Part shown: piece after piece, positions 29,442 to 39,659 of the stretch
How positions within the stretch are numbered: position 1 is the stretch's first letter
How the letters are laid out: each line of letters opens with the position of its first letter
Sequence record: OZ035789.1
Length of the DNA stretch: 64,000 nucleotides
From: Tequatrovirus BCH953P4
Direction: 5' to 3' (one strand)
The notes under the pieces: generated by a model
Seen by the model: only the letters and a program-made list of their open reading frames with translations
Database searches by the model: none
What the model was told of the DNA's origin: nothing
Program-made: the position numbers and the translations under genes

Positions 29442-29735
29442 TTACTCACCTACCACTTCAGCGATGATATTTTTGTTATTAAAGTTTTTATCGCAATACA
29501 GAACATAATTATACTGCATTACACCACCAGACTTAAGCTGTTTTTGCACTTCAGCTTTCATTTCAGGACGATCGCGCTCAACGATATTCATAATATCTGC
29601 TTCAATTTGGGTTTCAACCTCAGTCTGATCTGCAGTCATAGACCATTCACATAAATCTTTATCATAGCCTGCCATAGCAGGCTGAGCAGCACAAGAAGCT
29701 AAAGCAAAAATTGTAGCAAAGATAAATTTTTTCAT
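29442..29735 (-). CDS. sp: Spackle-like periplasmic protein (97 aa)
   Basis: ORF track; signal peptide; T4 Sp length and position. Confidence 0.65.
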   Translation of the reverse strand: MKKFIFATIFALASCAAQPAMAGYDKDLCEWSMTADQTEVETQIEADIMNIVERDRPEMKAEVQKQLKSGGVMQYNYVLYCDKNFNNKNIIAEVVGE

Positions 29736-29763
29736 GATAATCTCCTCAGTAGTTTATGTTTAT

Positions 29764-29793
29764 ATAGTATCTCAATTTCCAACAAAAGTAAAC
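29764..29793 (-). promoter_or_regulatory. Early promoter upstream of sp (-35 GTTTACT, 17 bp, -10 TACTAT)
   Basis: Plus ATAGTA (29764-29769) and AGTAAA (29787-29792). Confidence 0.55.
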
Positions 29794-29795
29794 AG

Positions 29796-30095
29796 TTATT
29801 TTAAAACTTTTGCGTAATCACATGTTACAAACTGTTTCTCTAGCTTAACGATCTTACGAAAATACCTTTTACACTGACGAATCTGTCGCTTCGTAGGACG
29901 TACAGCAAACTTAATAAATTCCACTCTACCAAATGGAGGGCTTTCTTCTGCTGGAATATCTAGCACCAATTCCCATGTATCTGCAATAAGTGCTTTGAAT
30001 TGCGTATTTTTCCTGACGTTATACGGAGTGGGTTTAAATAAAACAATATGCATATTATCCTCGGCAATCCACTTCACATACTTTCTTGTCATCAA
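29796..30095 (-). CDS. Hypothetical protein (99 aa)
   Basis: ORF track. Confidence 0.5.
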   Translation of the reverse strand: MMTRKYVKWIAEDNMHIVLFKPTPYNVRKNTQFKALIADTWELVLDIPAEESPPFGRVEFIKFAVRPTKRQIRQCKRYFRKIVKLEKQFVTCDYAKVLK

Positions 30096-30237
30096 TGAAA
30101 GCTTTAACTAATGCTTTATTAACTTCAGCATACTGAGTAGTAGCCCATTGAACGTCATCTTTCATCATTGTGGTTTCTTTAGTAAACATGCTTTCATTCT
30201 TAAACCACCCCATAAAAACTACCTTTACCAATTCCAT
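30055..30237 (-). CDS. dmd: Dmd, antitoxin against RnlA/LsoA (60 aa from ATG at 30237)
   Basis: Sequence MELVKVVFMGWFKNESMF... recognised as T4 Dmd; track N-terminal extension rejected. Confidence 0.8.
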   Translation of the reverse strand: MELVKVVFMGWFKNESMFTKETTMMKDDVQWATTQYAEVNKALVKAFIDDKKVCEVDCRG

Positions 30238-30266
30238 AACAATCTCCACATTTAACCAACAAGACT

Positions 30267-30296
30267 ACTATACCATAGTCTTGTCAGCTTGTAAAC
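30267..30296 (-). promoter_or_regulatory. Early promoter upstream of dmd (-35 GTTTACA, 17 bp, -10 TGGTATAGT)
   Basis: Plus ACTATA-CCA (30267-30275) and TGTAAA (30290-30295). Confidence 0.6.
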
Positions 30297-31723
30297 TAAA
30301 ATTTTAATTCATTTGCCAAAGCATCTAACTGAGCTCGAGCTGATTCGTTTCTTTGATAGCGATTCTGTTCAGCCTGAATCTGTTGTGAACCTGCTACTTC
30401 GTTCACTTCAGTTGGAGTAGAATCTTGTTCAATTTCTACCCATTTCTGATTTCCCTTTTGAACACCCATCAAAAACTTATTCCATTTGTTCTTATCGCCA
30501 TATCGTGATTTGATTTGCTTAATGAGTTGTTGTTCAGCAGCTGCTAGCTCCTCGGTTTCAATGACCGCAAGCATAAAATCAGCTGTTGCTGGAAGACCAG
30601 CAGATTCTGCAATATCGCTCATGTTAACATCGGAAGAGTCCCAAGCTTGTTTACCAACCTGTGCTGCAGTCCAAAGAACAGTTTCGGTTTCAACAGCCAG
30701 AGCACGCAATTCCTCGGCAATAGCTTTAACAGTTGTGTAACTATTTTCTGAATAAACTCTAATGCGGCAAGATTTACAAATACCTAGATAGTCGACAATA
30801 ATGATTGTTGGAACAAAATTCTTCTTGAGCTTCAATTCGTTTAAAAGTGATCGAAATGTATTAGCGTCTGCTCCACCAGTAGGATACTGTTTAACGATTA
30901 AACGACCAAGGGTAGATTTCTCACGCCATTTTTCCATTTTTCCTTTATATTCAGCGTAAGAAATATGTCCATCATCAATATCGTCAAGAGAAACATCGAG
31001 CATGTTAGCATCAATACGTTTAGCACAGACTTCTTCTGCCATTTCCATGGAGATATAAAGAACGTTATGACCAAGCTGCAAATAATCTGCTGCTAATGAA
31101 CAAAGTCCTAATGATTTACCAACGTTAACACCAGCCATTAAAACGTTCAGTGTTCCAGTCTCAGCTCCGCCTTTAGTAATTTTGTTTAGAATTCTGAGTT
31201 TAAATGGAACCTTACGAGCTTTATTCATATAAGATAGCCAACGCGCTTCGTAGTCATCCATCCAATCATGACCAACGTAACTATCAAATGAAATAGATAA
31301 TGCCTGGCGCATGATGTCAGGAATAGCACCTACATCTGGCATTTTCTTATTTCGTTTTTCCGGAGGAAGCTCAGCATTAGTTTGAATTTCGATTATTTTA
31401 GACGTAGCATTAAACATCGCCCTTTGCTGAACATATTTTTCTGTTTCTTTTATTAACCAACTGTGGTCTTCCGGAGAATCAGCCAGTTTTGAAATAAGTG
31501 TTTTTACACCAGAATATTCTGTTTCAGTAAATGAACTATTTTCTAATGCAACATTTAACGCATTAATAGATGGAACGCTATGGTACTCATTAACATGAGA
31601 TTTAATTAATTTGAATGTATTTTTAGCTGGACCACTTTCAAAATATTCTGAATCCATATATGGCCAAACTTTTGAAAAATAAGCTTGATCAAATATGAGA
31701 TGAGAAAGAATAATTTCTACCAC
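30296..31723 (-). CDS. 41: Replicative DNA helicase gp41 (475 aa)
   Basis: ORF track; DnaB-like Walker motifs; T4 gp41 length; track start codon is GTG. Confidence 0.9.
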   Translation of the reverse strand: MVEIILSHLIFDQAYFSKVWPYMDSEYFESGPAKNTFKLIKSHVNEYHSVPSINALNVALENSSFTETEYSGVKTLISKLADSPEDHSWLIKETEKYVQQRAMFNATSKIIEIQTNAELPPEKRNKKMPDVGAIPDIMRQALSISFDSYVGHDWMDDYEARWLSYMNKARKVPFKLRILNKITKGGAETGTLNVLMAGVNVGKSLGLCSLAADYLQLGHNVLYISMEMAEEVCAKRIDANMLDVSLDDIDDGHISYAEYKGKMEKWREKSTLGRLIVKQYPTGGADANTFRSLLNELKLKKNFVPTIIIVDYLGICKSCRIRVYSENSYTTVKAIAEELRALAVETETVLWTAAQVGKQAWDSSDVNMSDIAESAGLPATADFMLAVIETEELAAAEQQLIKQIKSRYGDKNKWNKFLMGVQKGNQKWVEIEQDSTPTEVNEVAGSQQIQAEQNRYQRNESARAQLDALANELKF

Positions 31724-31732
31724 ACTTACTCC

Positions 31733-32077
31733 TTAAAAGAATTTAAATTTTTTCTTTGACCTTTTATTAAATGCATCTTGTAGTTGCATTGTAATACATT
31801 TTTCTACATGAGGAGCTAACTCAGCTTTTCTTTCTTGGTCAAGAACAGCAAAGTCCATTACGACTTTTCCATCAACCCAATCTAATTTTGTCACATACAC
31901 AATGTGTGTAGAACCATCTTCTAGTTTAATGACAATCTCCTGGATAACATTTTCCATAGCGGATTTAATTATCTTAAGAGACTCATTAAAAAGACGTTCT
32001 TTTCTTTCTTCTTCCCCCTCCGAAGAGGGGGATTCATCGATAATTTCTAGATCTAAATCTAAATCATCTTTACTCAT
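31733..32077 (-). CDS. 40: gp40-like acidic protein (114 aa from ATG at 32077)
   Basis: Position between 41 and uvsX; track start is GTG, trimmed to first ATG. Confidence 0.55.
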   Translation of the reverse strand: MSKDDLDLDLEIIDESPSSEGEEERKERLFNESLKIIKSAMENVIQEIVIKLEDGSTHIVYVTKLDWVDGKVVMDFAVLDQERKAELAPHVEKCITMQLQDAFNKRSKKKFKFF

Positions 32078-33251
32078 TAAATTCTTCCATATCACTTAAC
32101 TGCTCGAGGTCAGTTTCTAAATCAGCAGCTGATTTACTTTTACTTTCTGGAGATTTAAATTTTTCAACCTTTGAGTTAATCAATTCATCAACTTCCGCTT
32201 CAACAATTTCATTACTATCAATAGCACCTAACTGATAAGCACGTTTAATAGCATCTCGGAATGGTTGATGCTTAAATAAAGGACCCCAGAATGTAGTGCA
32301 GTTGGTATCTTTTGCACGCCAAGATTTTTCTTCGCGAATCATCTCACCGGTTTCTTCATCAAGAAATTCACGGGCATACCAGCCATTTTTAGGTTTTACT
32401 ACAAATCCTAATTCTAGAGCCATATCTAACAATCCAGAATAAGGATCGATACCACCGTCAAATTTAACATCAATAAAGAATTTACTTTTTTCTTTAACGG
32501 TACGAGATTTTTCTACATTTAGAACAAATTGATACCCCTGAAGATCAGAACCATCTTTAATTTGACGTTTACCGATAATGAATACAGTATCAGCCGAATA
32601 CATTACGCCTGTACCGCCTGTCATCACGGTTTTACTAAACATTTCAATTGTTTCAATTGTATGGTTAACCGCAACGCACGGAATATTTTTAATGCTAAAA
32701 TAAGGAGTAACAATACGGAATAATGACTTCAGTGATTTAGCACGAGTCATATCTGCCACAGATTTTTCATTCAAGGCATCTTCCGTTTCTTTCTTAGAAG
32801 CCATATTACCGATTGAGTCGATGAATACAATAACCTTTTCACCACGCTCAATAGTTTCAAGCTGATTCACCATATCAATTTTCAGCTGTTCAACTGATTG
32901 GATTGGCGTATGAATTACTCGTTCCGGGTCAACTCCCATGGATCGCAAATAAGCTGGAGTAATACCAAATTCGCTATCATAGAATAGACAAACCGCATCA
33001 GGATATTTGTTCAAATACGCCGCAACCATAGTCAAAGACATATTTGATTTAAAGTGTTTAGAAGGCCCTGCGAAAATAGTTAAACCAGACTGCATACCAC
33101 CATCAATCGCGCCAGAAATAGCAATATTAAGCATTGGGATTTTTGTACGGATTACATCCTTTTCATTAAAGAATTTAGATGTAGTCAGTTCAGCAGTCAT
33201 TTTAGAAGTGGAAGCTTTAATCAAACGGGATTTTAAATCTGCAATAGACAT
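32070..33251 (-). CDS. uvsX: RecA-like recombinase UvsX (393 aa)
   Basis: ORF track; Walker A GPSKHFKS; close to T4 UvsX. Confidence 0.92.
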   Translation of the reverse strand: MSIADLKSRLIKASTSKMTAELTTSKFFNEKDVIRTKIPMLNIAISGAIDGGMQSGLTIFAGPSKHFKSNMSLTMVAAYLNKYPDAVCLFYDSEFGITPAYLRSMGVDPERVIHTPIQSVEQLKIDMVNQLETIERGEKVIVFIDSIGNMASKKETEDALNEKSVADMTRAKSLKSLFRIVTPYFSIKNIPCVAVNHTIETIEMFSKTVMTGGTGVMYSADTVFIIGKRQIKDGSDLQGYQFVLNVEKSRTVKEKSKFFIDVKFDGGIDPYSGLLDMALELGFVVKPKNGWYAREFLDEETGEMIREEKSWRAKDTNCTTFWGPLFKHQPFRDAIKRAYQLGAIDSNEIVEAEVDELINSKVEKFKSPESKSKSAADLETDLEQLSDMEEFNE

Positions 33252-33328
33252 TCATTTTTTCCATAGGCATCATTATATTTTCCTCACTGGTTAAAGATAG
33301 AGTAATTATAACACAATAAATTTAGGCA

Positions 33329-34171
33329 TTAATCAACTGCTATTGGATGAATAGCATTAAACTTATGAAATGCTTCTGATTTTTCTTTACGCGAAACGCA
33401 CATGCGAAGAACCTTTAGTGGTTCATCTTCTTCACCCAACGATTTTCGTTTTTCAATATTAGAAGTTTTCCAACGAGCTTGCTCTGGAAACTCTCTATTG
33501 ATTTGCTCAAGCGCTCTATTATGTTTAGAATTACTACGAATTGAACTGCACCCGCCAGGAGCTTGTGCTTTTCCAGATACAACCAGATATTTGAACAAGG
33601 CCAAATGCGGATAACCTTGATTAATTAAATTGAGAAATGCATACATATCTTCGCATAAATCAATTTTTCCATATCCAATTTGTTCTGTCGTAAGTTTTCC
33701 AAGGTCATACCATGTATTCGTGAATCCATATGAATTTTCACGATAATTACCCCAAGATGAAGTAATTTTAAAAATTGGTAGACGAGCATGGCCATGATAA
33801 TACCCGCAATCCATGGCATCTTCAACATATTGAATCAATTCATAGAACTGTTCACGAGTTAATTGATTAATTTTATCTACACAACGACGATCATCTCTTT
33901 TTCGCATTGAACTCATACGAATAGTAGTATCATCGTCAATCATCCAGATTCGTTGACCTGCATACATATCAGTAATTGCTTTACGAGTACCGGCAATTCC
34001 GTTTACATCATCAGGAATAGTTATAATTTTAGCTCTAGACCCATAGGCATCATAATAAGCTTTTTCTTCATGTTCACGCACTACAATATGGGGTTCATAA
34101 TCAGTCGGAAACATATCAAGGGCAGAAACTGCCCCGACACGCTGATAGCTCGGAATTACGAATTGAATCAT
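33329..34171 (-). CDS. Putative DNA glycosyltransferase at the beta-gt locus (280 aa)
   Basis: ORF track; sits where T4 has beta-gt but is unlike T4 beta-gt; DDD motif; I suspect the T2/T6-type beta-glucosyl-HMC alpha-glucosyltransferase but cannot confirm. Confidence 0.5.
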   Translation of the reverse strand: MIQFVIPSYQRVGAVSALDMFPTDYEPHIVVREHEEKAYYDAYGSRAKIITIPDDVNGIAGTRKAITDMYAGQRIWMIDDDTTIRMSSMRKRDDRRCVDKINQLTREQFYELIQYVEDAMDCGYYHGHARLPIFKITSSWGNYRENSYGFTNTWYDLGKLTTEQIGYGKIDLCEDMYAFLNLINQGYPHLALFKYLVVSGKAQAPGGCSSIRSNSKHNRALEQINREFPEQARWKTSNIEKRKSLGEEDEPLKVLRMCVSRKEKSEAFHKFNAIHPIAVD

Positions 34172-34809
34172 TTAAGTGCCTTACATTTATCAAAATGGTA
34201 TCTTGTCATATTTGGCCCACGTCCTTTTAGTCCGCAATGCGGACATATTTTTTCTATCAAATTATGAGGTTTTCCTTTACGATTTTTAGACATCGTTTCT
34301 TTAATTATTTTAGCTTTTTCTACGCCAAAAATTTCTTCATAAGTTTTACCAGAATTTTCCTTGGCTCGATTTATAATTCCATATGCCTGCTCATTTTTAC
34401 CATACATTGGATTACCTTCGCCTTTCATTCTTTTAGAATGATCAGGACGCTTGATTCCACGAAAGGCATTTCCGCACTTATATCTTTCTTCTGGAGATAG
34501 TTTTTTACCGTACATTCCATTTAATTTGCCTGGAAAACTTCCTCCCCATGCTTCATTCTTTAAATTATATGAATCCGGACAATTAGCAGCATCTAAACAA
34601 GTTAAAATAATTTCTTCAACCTGTCTAAACATTGGTCCTTCATATAATATTTCTTTATTAAAGGATTTTATTCCATATTTCTTTTTAACATGTTGCCAAA
34701 CTACACCCGAACCATCATAATTCGGGTTGTGACCATCATGACTTCCTATATACCACTTTTTAGTTTTAGGATGTTTATACTTATAAACATGCGGCACATT
34801 TACTTCCAT
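34168..34809 (-). CDS. GIY-YIG homing endonuclease (213 aa) with C-terminal zinc finger
   Basis: ORF track; VYKYK...KWYIGSHDG motif; NUMOD-like repeats; CPHCGLKGRGPNMTRYHFDKC. Confidence 0.7.
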   Translation of the reverse strand: MEVNVPHVYKYKHPKTKKWYIGSHDGHNPNYDGSGVVWQHVKKKYGIKSFNKEILYEGPMFRQVEEIILTCLDAANCPDSYNLKNEAWGGSFPGKLNGMYGKKLSPEERYKCGNAFRGIKRPDHSKRMKGEGNPMYGKNEQAYGIINRAKENSGKTYEEIFGVEKAKIIKETMSKNRKGKPHNLIEKICPHCGLKGRGPNMTRYHFDKCKALK

Positions 34810-35540
34810 TTTCCAGTATAATCCTTTTTAGCAATATGAGTCTCACCGGTGTTCCACCAATGGTCAACTAAATAAAACTGATTTTCGTACACATGAAGAC
34901 TTCCAACGTTCCATATAATAGAACCTGCTTTATATTGCCGCGATGGGTCGCCTGCATTCAAATCAGATACTAATTTATCTAGTACGTATTTTTGCCAAGC
35001 ATAATCATTACGATAGCCTGCCCAGCAATCATTGCTTCTCATGCTAACAACCGCATTGACTTTCTTATCACGAATCAGGTACTGTACTGTATTAGTACAC
35101 ATGAAATCTGACATACCATCTTTATTGTAATCAAATTGCATGGATGGACGAGTATAAATCATGATACCACGTCGAGAATCAGGATTTTGACCAAGTTCAG
35201 CTAAACACATATCATACTGGGCATAGTTATCTTCTGACCAAATAGCCCAACCATAATTCGAGTTAATTTCGCCTTTAGAAGATGCTACTTGTTGCCAAAT
35301 CTTCGGTGTTTCACCCGGAATATCTTTAACAAACAAACTCTTAGATTTATACCATTCAAGTTCACGCTGAATGTATTCATCATTAAGAGCGCCAAAAATA
35401 AACGGTTCATCTGCTACAAATGATGCGCCAATAATTTCAATAGTTTTAACACCAGTTTTATCAACTACGAAATCTTTTTCCTTTAATGCAGTTCCCAAAT
35501 AAAAACGGATTTCTTCAACTGTCATAGAGTCATTAATCAT
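34800..35540 (-). CDS. 42: dCMP hydroxymethylase gp42 (246 aa)
   Basis: ORF track; T4 gp42 length and sequence. Confidence 0.92.
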   Translation of the reverse strand: MINDSMTVEEIRFYLGTALKEKDFVVDKTGVKTIEIIGASFVADEPFIFGALNDEYIQRELEWYKSKSLFVKDIPGETPKIWQQVASSKGEINSNYGWAIWSEDNYAQYDMCLAELGQNPDSRRGIMIYTRPSMQFDYNKDGMSDFMCTNTVQYLIRDKKVNAVVSMRSNDCWAGYRNDYAWQKYVLDKLVSDLNAGDPSRQYKAGSIIWNVGSLHVYENQFYLVDHWWNTGETHIAKKDYTGKWK

Positions 35541-35547
35541 TTAAACC

Positions 35548-35697
35548 TCAATTGATGCATTCATATTTAAATTGTAACAGTAATAAACCCCACCCTATGA
35601 TAAGAGTTGGAATCATAGCAGGAACTGTTACGCTATAGTATATACTTATTATAACCATCAAGATTAAAAGCAACACTGCTATAATTTTGCTTTTCAT
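35548..35697 (-). CDS. Small membrane peptide (49 aa)
   Basis: Hand translation MKSKIIAVLLLILMVIISIYYSVTV...; ATGA overlap with imm stop. Confidence 0.3.
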   Translation of the reverse strand: MKSKIIAVLLLILMVIISIYYSVTVPAMIPTLIIGWGLLLLQFKYECIN

Positions 35698-35945
35698 TCT
35701 TTCTCTCTGATGATAATTACCTGATTTGGCTGTGCAGACTTTTTAGTTTCACCAGCAATTGACCAAATAAATGTAATAAACCAACCAATAATTGACCAGT
35801 TAAACAGTAAAGATGTGAAAAAGATTCCTACTGTCGATTTTGACCCACGCATCAAGGCGATAAACCATGGAAGCATGTATATAATAATAGCCAACACGCC
35901 TGAAACTAAAACCATAAAAATTGAACCTGCTACTAAAGTTTCCAT
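35694..35945 (-). CDS. imm: Superinfection immunity protein Imm (83 aa)
   Basis: ORF track; two TM segments; T4 Imm length and sequence. Confidence 0.85.
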   Translation of the reverse strand: METLVAGSIFMVLVSGVLAIIIYMLPWFIALMRGSKSTVGIFFTSLLFNWSIIGWFITFIWSIAGETKKSAQPNQVIIIREKE

Positions 35946-35952
35946 GTTTTCC

Positions 35953-36333
35953 TCACTTAGTCAAATTTTTTACACATGAATTATAAGAATTCACTACATA
36001 CTCCATCGGAGCATTTTTACCAGTACGCCATTGGTAATTATTAGCCCAATTAGCCCAAATTTCGGCGCAGTAGTTTTCAATTTTTTCTTCGCGTGTAATT
36101 ACATCAGAATTACGATATGCTTGAGCAGATTCATCTGGACGAATAGCTTCGTCAAAATTCGCCTGCATTTGTTCTACTGTTTGCTTTGGAGCTTCTTTAT
36201 AACACTTGACATTAGGATTATAAAATTTGCTTGAACAGTTTACAATTTTTCCTGCATCAGACTGATTTACTACCGGTCCTTGAGCTACACAACCAGTAAG
36301 ACCTAATGCAATAACCAAAATAGCGATTTTCAT
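35953..36333 (-). CDS. Putative lipoprotein, imm.1-like (126 aa from ATG at 36333)
   Basis: Signal peptide MKIAILVIALGLTGC; track start is TTG, trimmed to ATG with SD GGAG. Confidence 0.55.
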   Translation of the reverse strand: MKIAILVIALGLTGCVAQGPVVNQSDAGKIVNCSSKFYNPNVKCYKEAPKQTVEQMQANFDEAIRPDESAQAYRNSDVITREEKIENYCAEIWANWANNYQWRTGKNAPMEYVVNSYNSCVKNLTK

Positions 36334-36367
36334 TTCATTCTCCAAATCCGTATTAGTTGATAGTTGT

Positions 36368-36397
36368 ATAGTACCATGGAAGAACAGTCTTGTAAAC
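36368..36397 (-). promoter_or_regulatory. Early promoter upstream of imm.1/imm (-35 GTTTACA, 17 bp, -10 TGGTACTAT)
   Basis: Plus ATAGTA-CCA (36368-36376) and TGTAAA (36391-36396). Confidence 0.6.
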
Positions 36398-36485
36398 AGT
36401 TTTGTGAAAAATTTTTTAGGGAATTCTAAAGGTCCAGAATCATCTGTTTTTCATAAGTATAGATTTATATTACTTGTATGAAAAA

Positions 36486-36501
36486 GGGACCCGGAGGTCC
36501 C
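36486..36501 (-). terminator. Rho-independent terminator after gene 43
   Basis: GGGACC-CGGA-GGTCCC followed on the minus strand by TTTTT. Confidence 0.65.
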
Positions 36502-36514
36502 TAGATTTATTCTA

Positions 36515-39211
36515 TCAGCCAAACAGGAAGTCTAACGAAGCTTTTTCTTCATAGTCCATACCAGCCGATTCACACATACCCGCAAGCGGTTTAACAAACG
36601 ATTTTTGGAACAAAGTTGAGTAGTCAATCCAAGATAGTACATCAGAACGAATTTCTTTTGGAAGTTCTGTACCCGACGGCCAAGCAATGCACTTGTCGCC
36701 AAATGGATTTCCTTCACGTAATGGAAGAACCATTACCTTATTTCCATCCAAAATTGGAGCTACACCTAGACCGCTAACAGCTCGACGATAAGTTAGCACA
36801 CCACGAATATGGAACGGGCATTTAAATCCTGGCCAACCTTTATCATCATATTTCGCTATATCGTTCGCAGTTTTTACTTCAGCAATAACTTTATAGTCAA
36901 GTTGACGATATTCTTTCTCGAAGTTTTTGTAATATTCTTGGACAGACTCTTCACCTTCCTGAAGAATACGACGAATACTTTCTTCGAGAGCTTCTTGCAC
37001 TGCTTTTGGTGTTGAACTCTGCTGAGTTTCCATACCCATGATTTTTAGATGTGGTTCAGCAAATCGCTTATCTTCCATATCATAAACGTTCAGAGCATAA
37101 CGCTTTTTCGCTTTCCAAAATCCACCAACGCCCTTTGAACCAAGTGGAGGGCAAGAAATAGCTTCACGGTCCATATGCATCAGATGCTCGCGGTTATTCA
37201 TATAATCACATAACTCGCGATATGCAACATCAATCATAGGTTCCATCTTTTTCTTACCGAACTGATTCATGAATTCAACTAAATCGTTCTGCTCTTTGAA
37301 TCGGTCAAGACCTACTTTTTCAATAACTTTATCTACGCAAACATATACCGAATCAGTATCACCTGCTGCAATGAAATCTTCGCCATTAGTTCCGCATACT
37401 TTATTCAGATATTCATTAATTTTACGAGCAATCCACTGAATACCAACTTGGCCGAAAATTGTGATAGCAGTAGCATTTCGCAAATCATAGTAACGGAAAT
37501 GAATATTACCAAGAGCACCATAAAGACTGTTAATAAGAATTTTACGGTTCAGCTGATTTGTGTTAGCAAGTGTAGCTGCTTTTTCACATTCTTCGATCAG
37601 ACTATTAAGAACAGATTCAGTGTAATTCGATAATTCATTTAAGAAATCATCACTGAACTTAACATATCGTTCAACTTCTGGTTTAGTTGAACAAGACCCT
37701 GCGCCTTTCATAATAATCTTTTTAATAGCTTCGGCATTCATTTCTTCAGCGAACATTTTCTTTTTCCAGTCTTTACGCTGGAAAAATACTTTAGCGATTT
37801 CCTTTGGAATGATACCTTCTTGATGCTTATCATACATCCATCCATTCGGAGAACAAGAATATTCATCACTCGGTTTAGGAGCTGTTCCTGCAATATATTC
37901 ATGAATTGGATGAACTTTAAACTGCCCACGAATAGTCTCAGGACTAATGTTAACCTGACGAATAATGCTAGGATACAGAGACGTCAAGTCAAAACTCATA
38001 ATATATCGACGAGCAATTGGTTTAGGTTCAAACACAAATGCACCCGGAAAACTTTGTTTAACGTGCGAACCCTGTTGAGGAATAACCTTATGTTCACCTT
38101 TCAATGAGTTAAAAATAATAGCATCCCAAGTTTTAATAGGACTCATTACGCCAGAAAAAGGCATTTTAGCATAATAAGACATACTTAAAACTAGATCGAT
38201 AAACCCGCGAATTTTATCAATTGCTTGAACTGATTCTACGTCAATGATGTTATAACTAATGTATCGTTGATGATTAGTTTCACGAAGTTTATTAATAGGA
38301 CCGTCGTATGGTAATTTACCTTTTTTGGTTTCATGTTGAGCAACTGATTCCAAAGAGAATGACGGCAAATTAGTAAAAGCGAATTTCTTGTACAAATCTA
38401 AATAATCAAGAATAGATACACCATCAATAGAATAAATTTCTTTGCTACCGTACATATTTTGAATTAGTTTAGATTTTACTCGACCGATTGGAGAGAAGCG
38501 TTTCATACTACGTTCACCGAGAACCATTTTAACACGATTCATGATATACGGAACGTCAAATCCCTCAATATTCCAACCAGTAAAAATAGCAGGTCGTTTC
38601 TGTTCCCAAAGATTGATATATTCCATGAGCATATCACGCTCGTTATCGAATGGCATATAAATTACTCGGTCAAGAATTTCTTGAGGAACTTCATCACCAC
38701 CTTCACAGTCAAGCTTAGCAGCTAACTTTGCATCCCATTTTGATACTGAACCGTACATTGAATTCAAAAGGTCGAAAACATAAAAACGATCGTCAATTGA
38801 ATCGTAATGAGTGATAGCATCAATTTCATATTCAGCTTTCATTGGGTCAGGAAATTTATCACCAGTAACCTCAATGTCACAGTTAGCTACGCGAACAAAT
38901 TTTCGGTCATAAACAATTTCTGAACCATATGTATCACTAATGTAAGCGAGTTTAAAATCGTTCATACCGAGAGCTTCGAGACCGATGTCTTCCATTCGCT
39001 TCATCCAGTCTCGTGCATCTTTCATTGATGGAAATTTTTGAGGAGCGCAATTTTTACCATAGATGTCTTTGTACTTTGACTCTTCCTTACAATGCCTAAA
39101 CATAGTCGGAAGATATTCTACTTCACGGGTACGTTCCTTTCCGTTTTCATCAATATAACGTTCAACAATGTTATTTCCGACTGTTTCGATAGAGATATAA
39201 AATTCTTTCAT
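36515..39211 (-). CDS. 43: DNA polymerase gp43 (898 aa)
   Basis: ORF track; family B exonuclease and polymerase motifs; T4 gp43 length. Confidence 0.95.
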   Translation of the reverse strand: MKEFYISIETVGNNIVERYIDENGKERTREVEYLPTMFRHCKEESKYKDIYGKNCAPQKFPSMKDARDWMKRMEDIGLEALGMNDFKLAYISDTYGSEIVYDRKFVRVANCDIEVTGDKFPDPMKAEYEIDAITHYDSIDDRFYVFDLLNSMYGSVSKWDAKLAAKLDCEGGDEVPQEILDRVIYMPFDNERDMLMEYINLWEQKRPAIFTGWNIEGFDVPYIMNRVKMVLGERSMKRFSPIGRVKSKLIQNMYGSKEIYSIDGVSILDYLDLYKKFAFTNLPSFSLESVAQHETKKGKLPYDGPINKLRETNHQRYISYNIIDVESVQAIDKIRGFIDLVLSMSYYAKMPFSGVMSPIKTWDAIIFNSLKGEHKVIPQQGSHVKQSFPGAFVFEPKPIARRYIMSFDLTSLYPSIIRQVNISPETIRGQFKVHPIHEYIAGTAPKPSDEYSCSPNGWMYDKHQEGIIPKEIAKVFFQRKDWKKKMFAEEMNAEAIKKIIMKGAGSCSTKPEVERYVKFSDDFLNELSNYTESVLNSLIEECEKAATLANTNQLNRKILINSLYGALGNIHFRYYDLRNATAITIFGQVGIQWIARKINEYLNKVCGTNGEDFIAAGDTDSVYVCVDKVIEKVGLDRFKEQNDLVEFMNQFGKKKMEPMIDVAYRELCDYMNNREHLMHMDREAISCPPLGSKGVGGFWKAKKRYALNVYDMEDKRFAEPHLKIMGMETQQSSTPKAVQEALEESIRRILQEGEESVQEYYKNFEKEYRQLDYKVIAEVKTANDIAKYDDKGWPGFKCPFHIRGVLTYRRAVSGLGVAPILDGNKVMVLPLREGNPFGDKCIAWPSGTELPKEIRSDVLSWIDYSTLFQKSFVKPLAGMCESAGMDYEEKASLDFLFG

Positions 39212-39269
39212 AGATATTCCTTAGTTTATAGCCCGAGTTATTAGGCTCTTGATATATTATACTCCAAAT

Positions 39270-39287
39270 AAGGGGCCGAAGCCCCTT
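39270..39287 (-). other. Intercistronic stem-loop between regA and 43
   Basis: AGGGGC-CGAA-GCCCCT. Confidence 0.4.
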
Positions 39288-39289
39288 GC

Positions 39290-39658
39290 TTAATTACCAA
39301 TCGTATATTTAGGAACGAGTTTCCATTCATGTTTTTGTTTAAAAGAAATAACTCGGAAGTTATTAGTTAAATCTTTCATAAAAGTTCTTTGACCAGGGAC
39401 GATTTCAATCAGTCCCCAATCTTCTAATAGCCATGCAATCGAATCACGACGAACTTCATCTTCTTCTGTCATTTCAACTTGGCGACCATCCATACGAAGC
39501 ATTTCTTTAAAATGAACGATATAGTATAGTCCTTTTTTCTGAAGAATATGACAGGACTGATACAGAACTTTATCTTTATTATTAGCAATTCCCATACGAG
39601 TCAAAGTTTCTTTTACTTTCAGAAAATCTTCAGGTTTTTTAAGAGTAATTTCAATCAT
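39290..39658 (-). CDS. regA: Translational repressor RegA (122 aa)
   Basis: ORF track; T4 RegA length; position. Confidence 0.85.
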   Translation of the reverse strand: MIEITLKKPEDFLKVKETLTRMGIANNKDKVLYQSCHILQKKGLYYIVHFKEMLRMDGRQVEMTEEDEVRRDSIAWLLEDWGLIEIVPGQRTFMKDLTNNFRVISFKQKHEWKLVPKYTIGN

Positions 39659-39659
39659 T

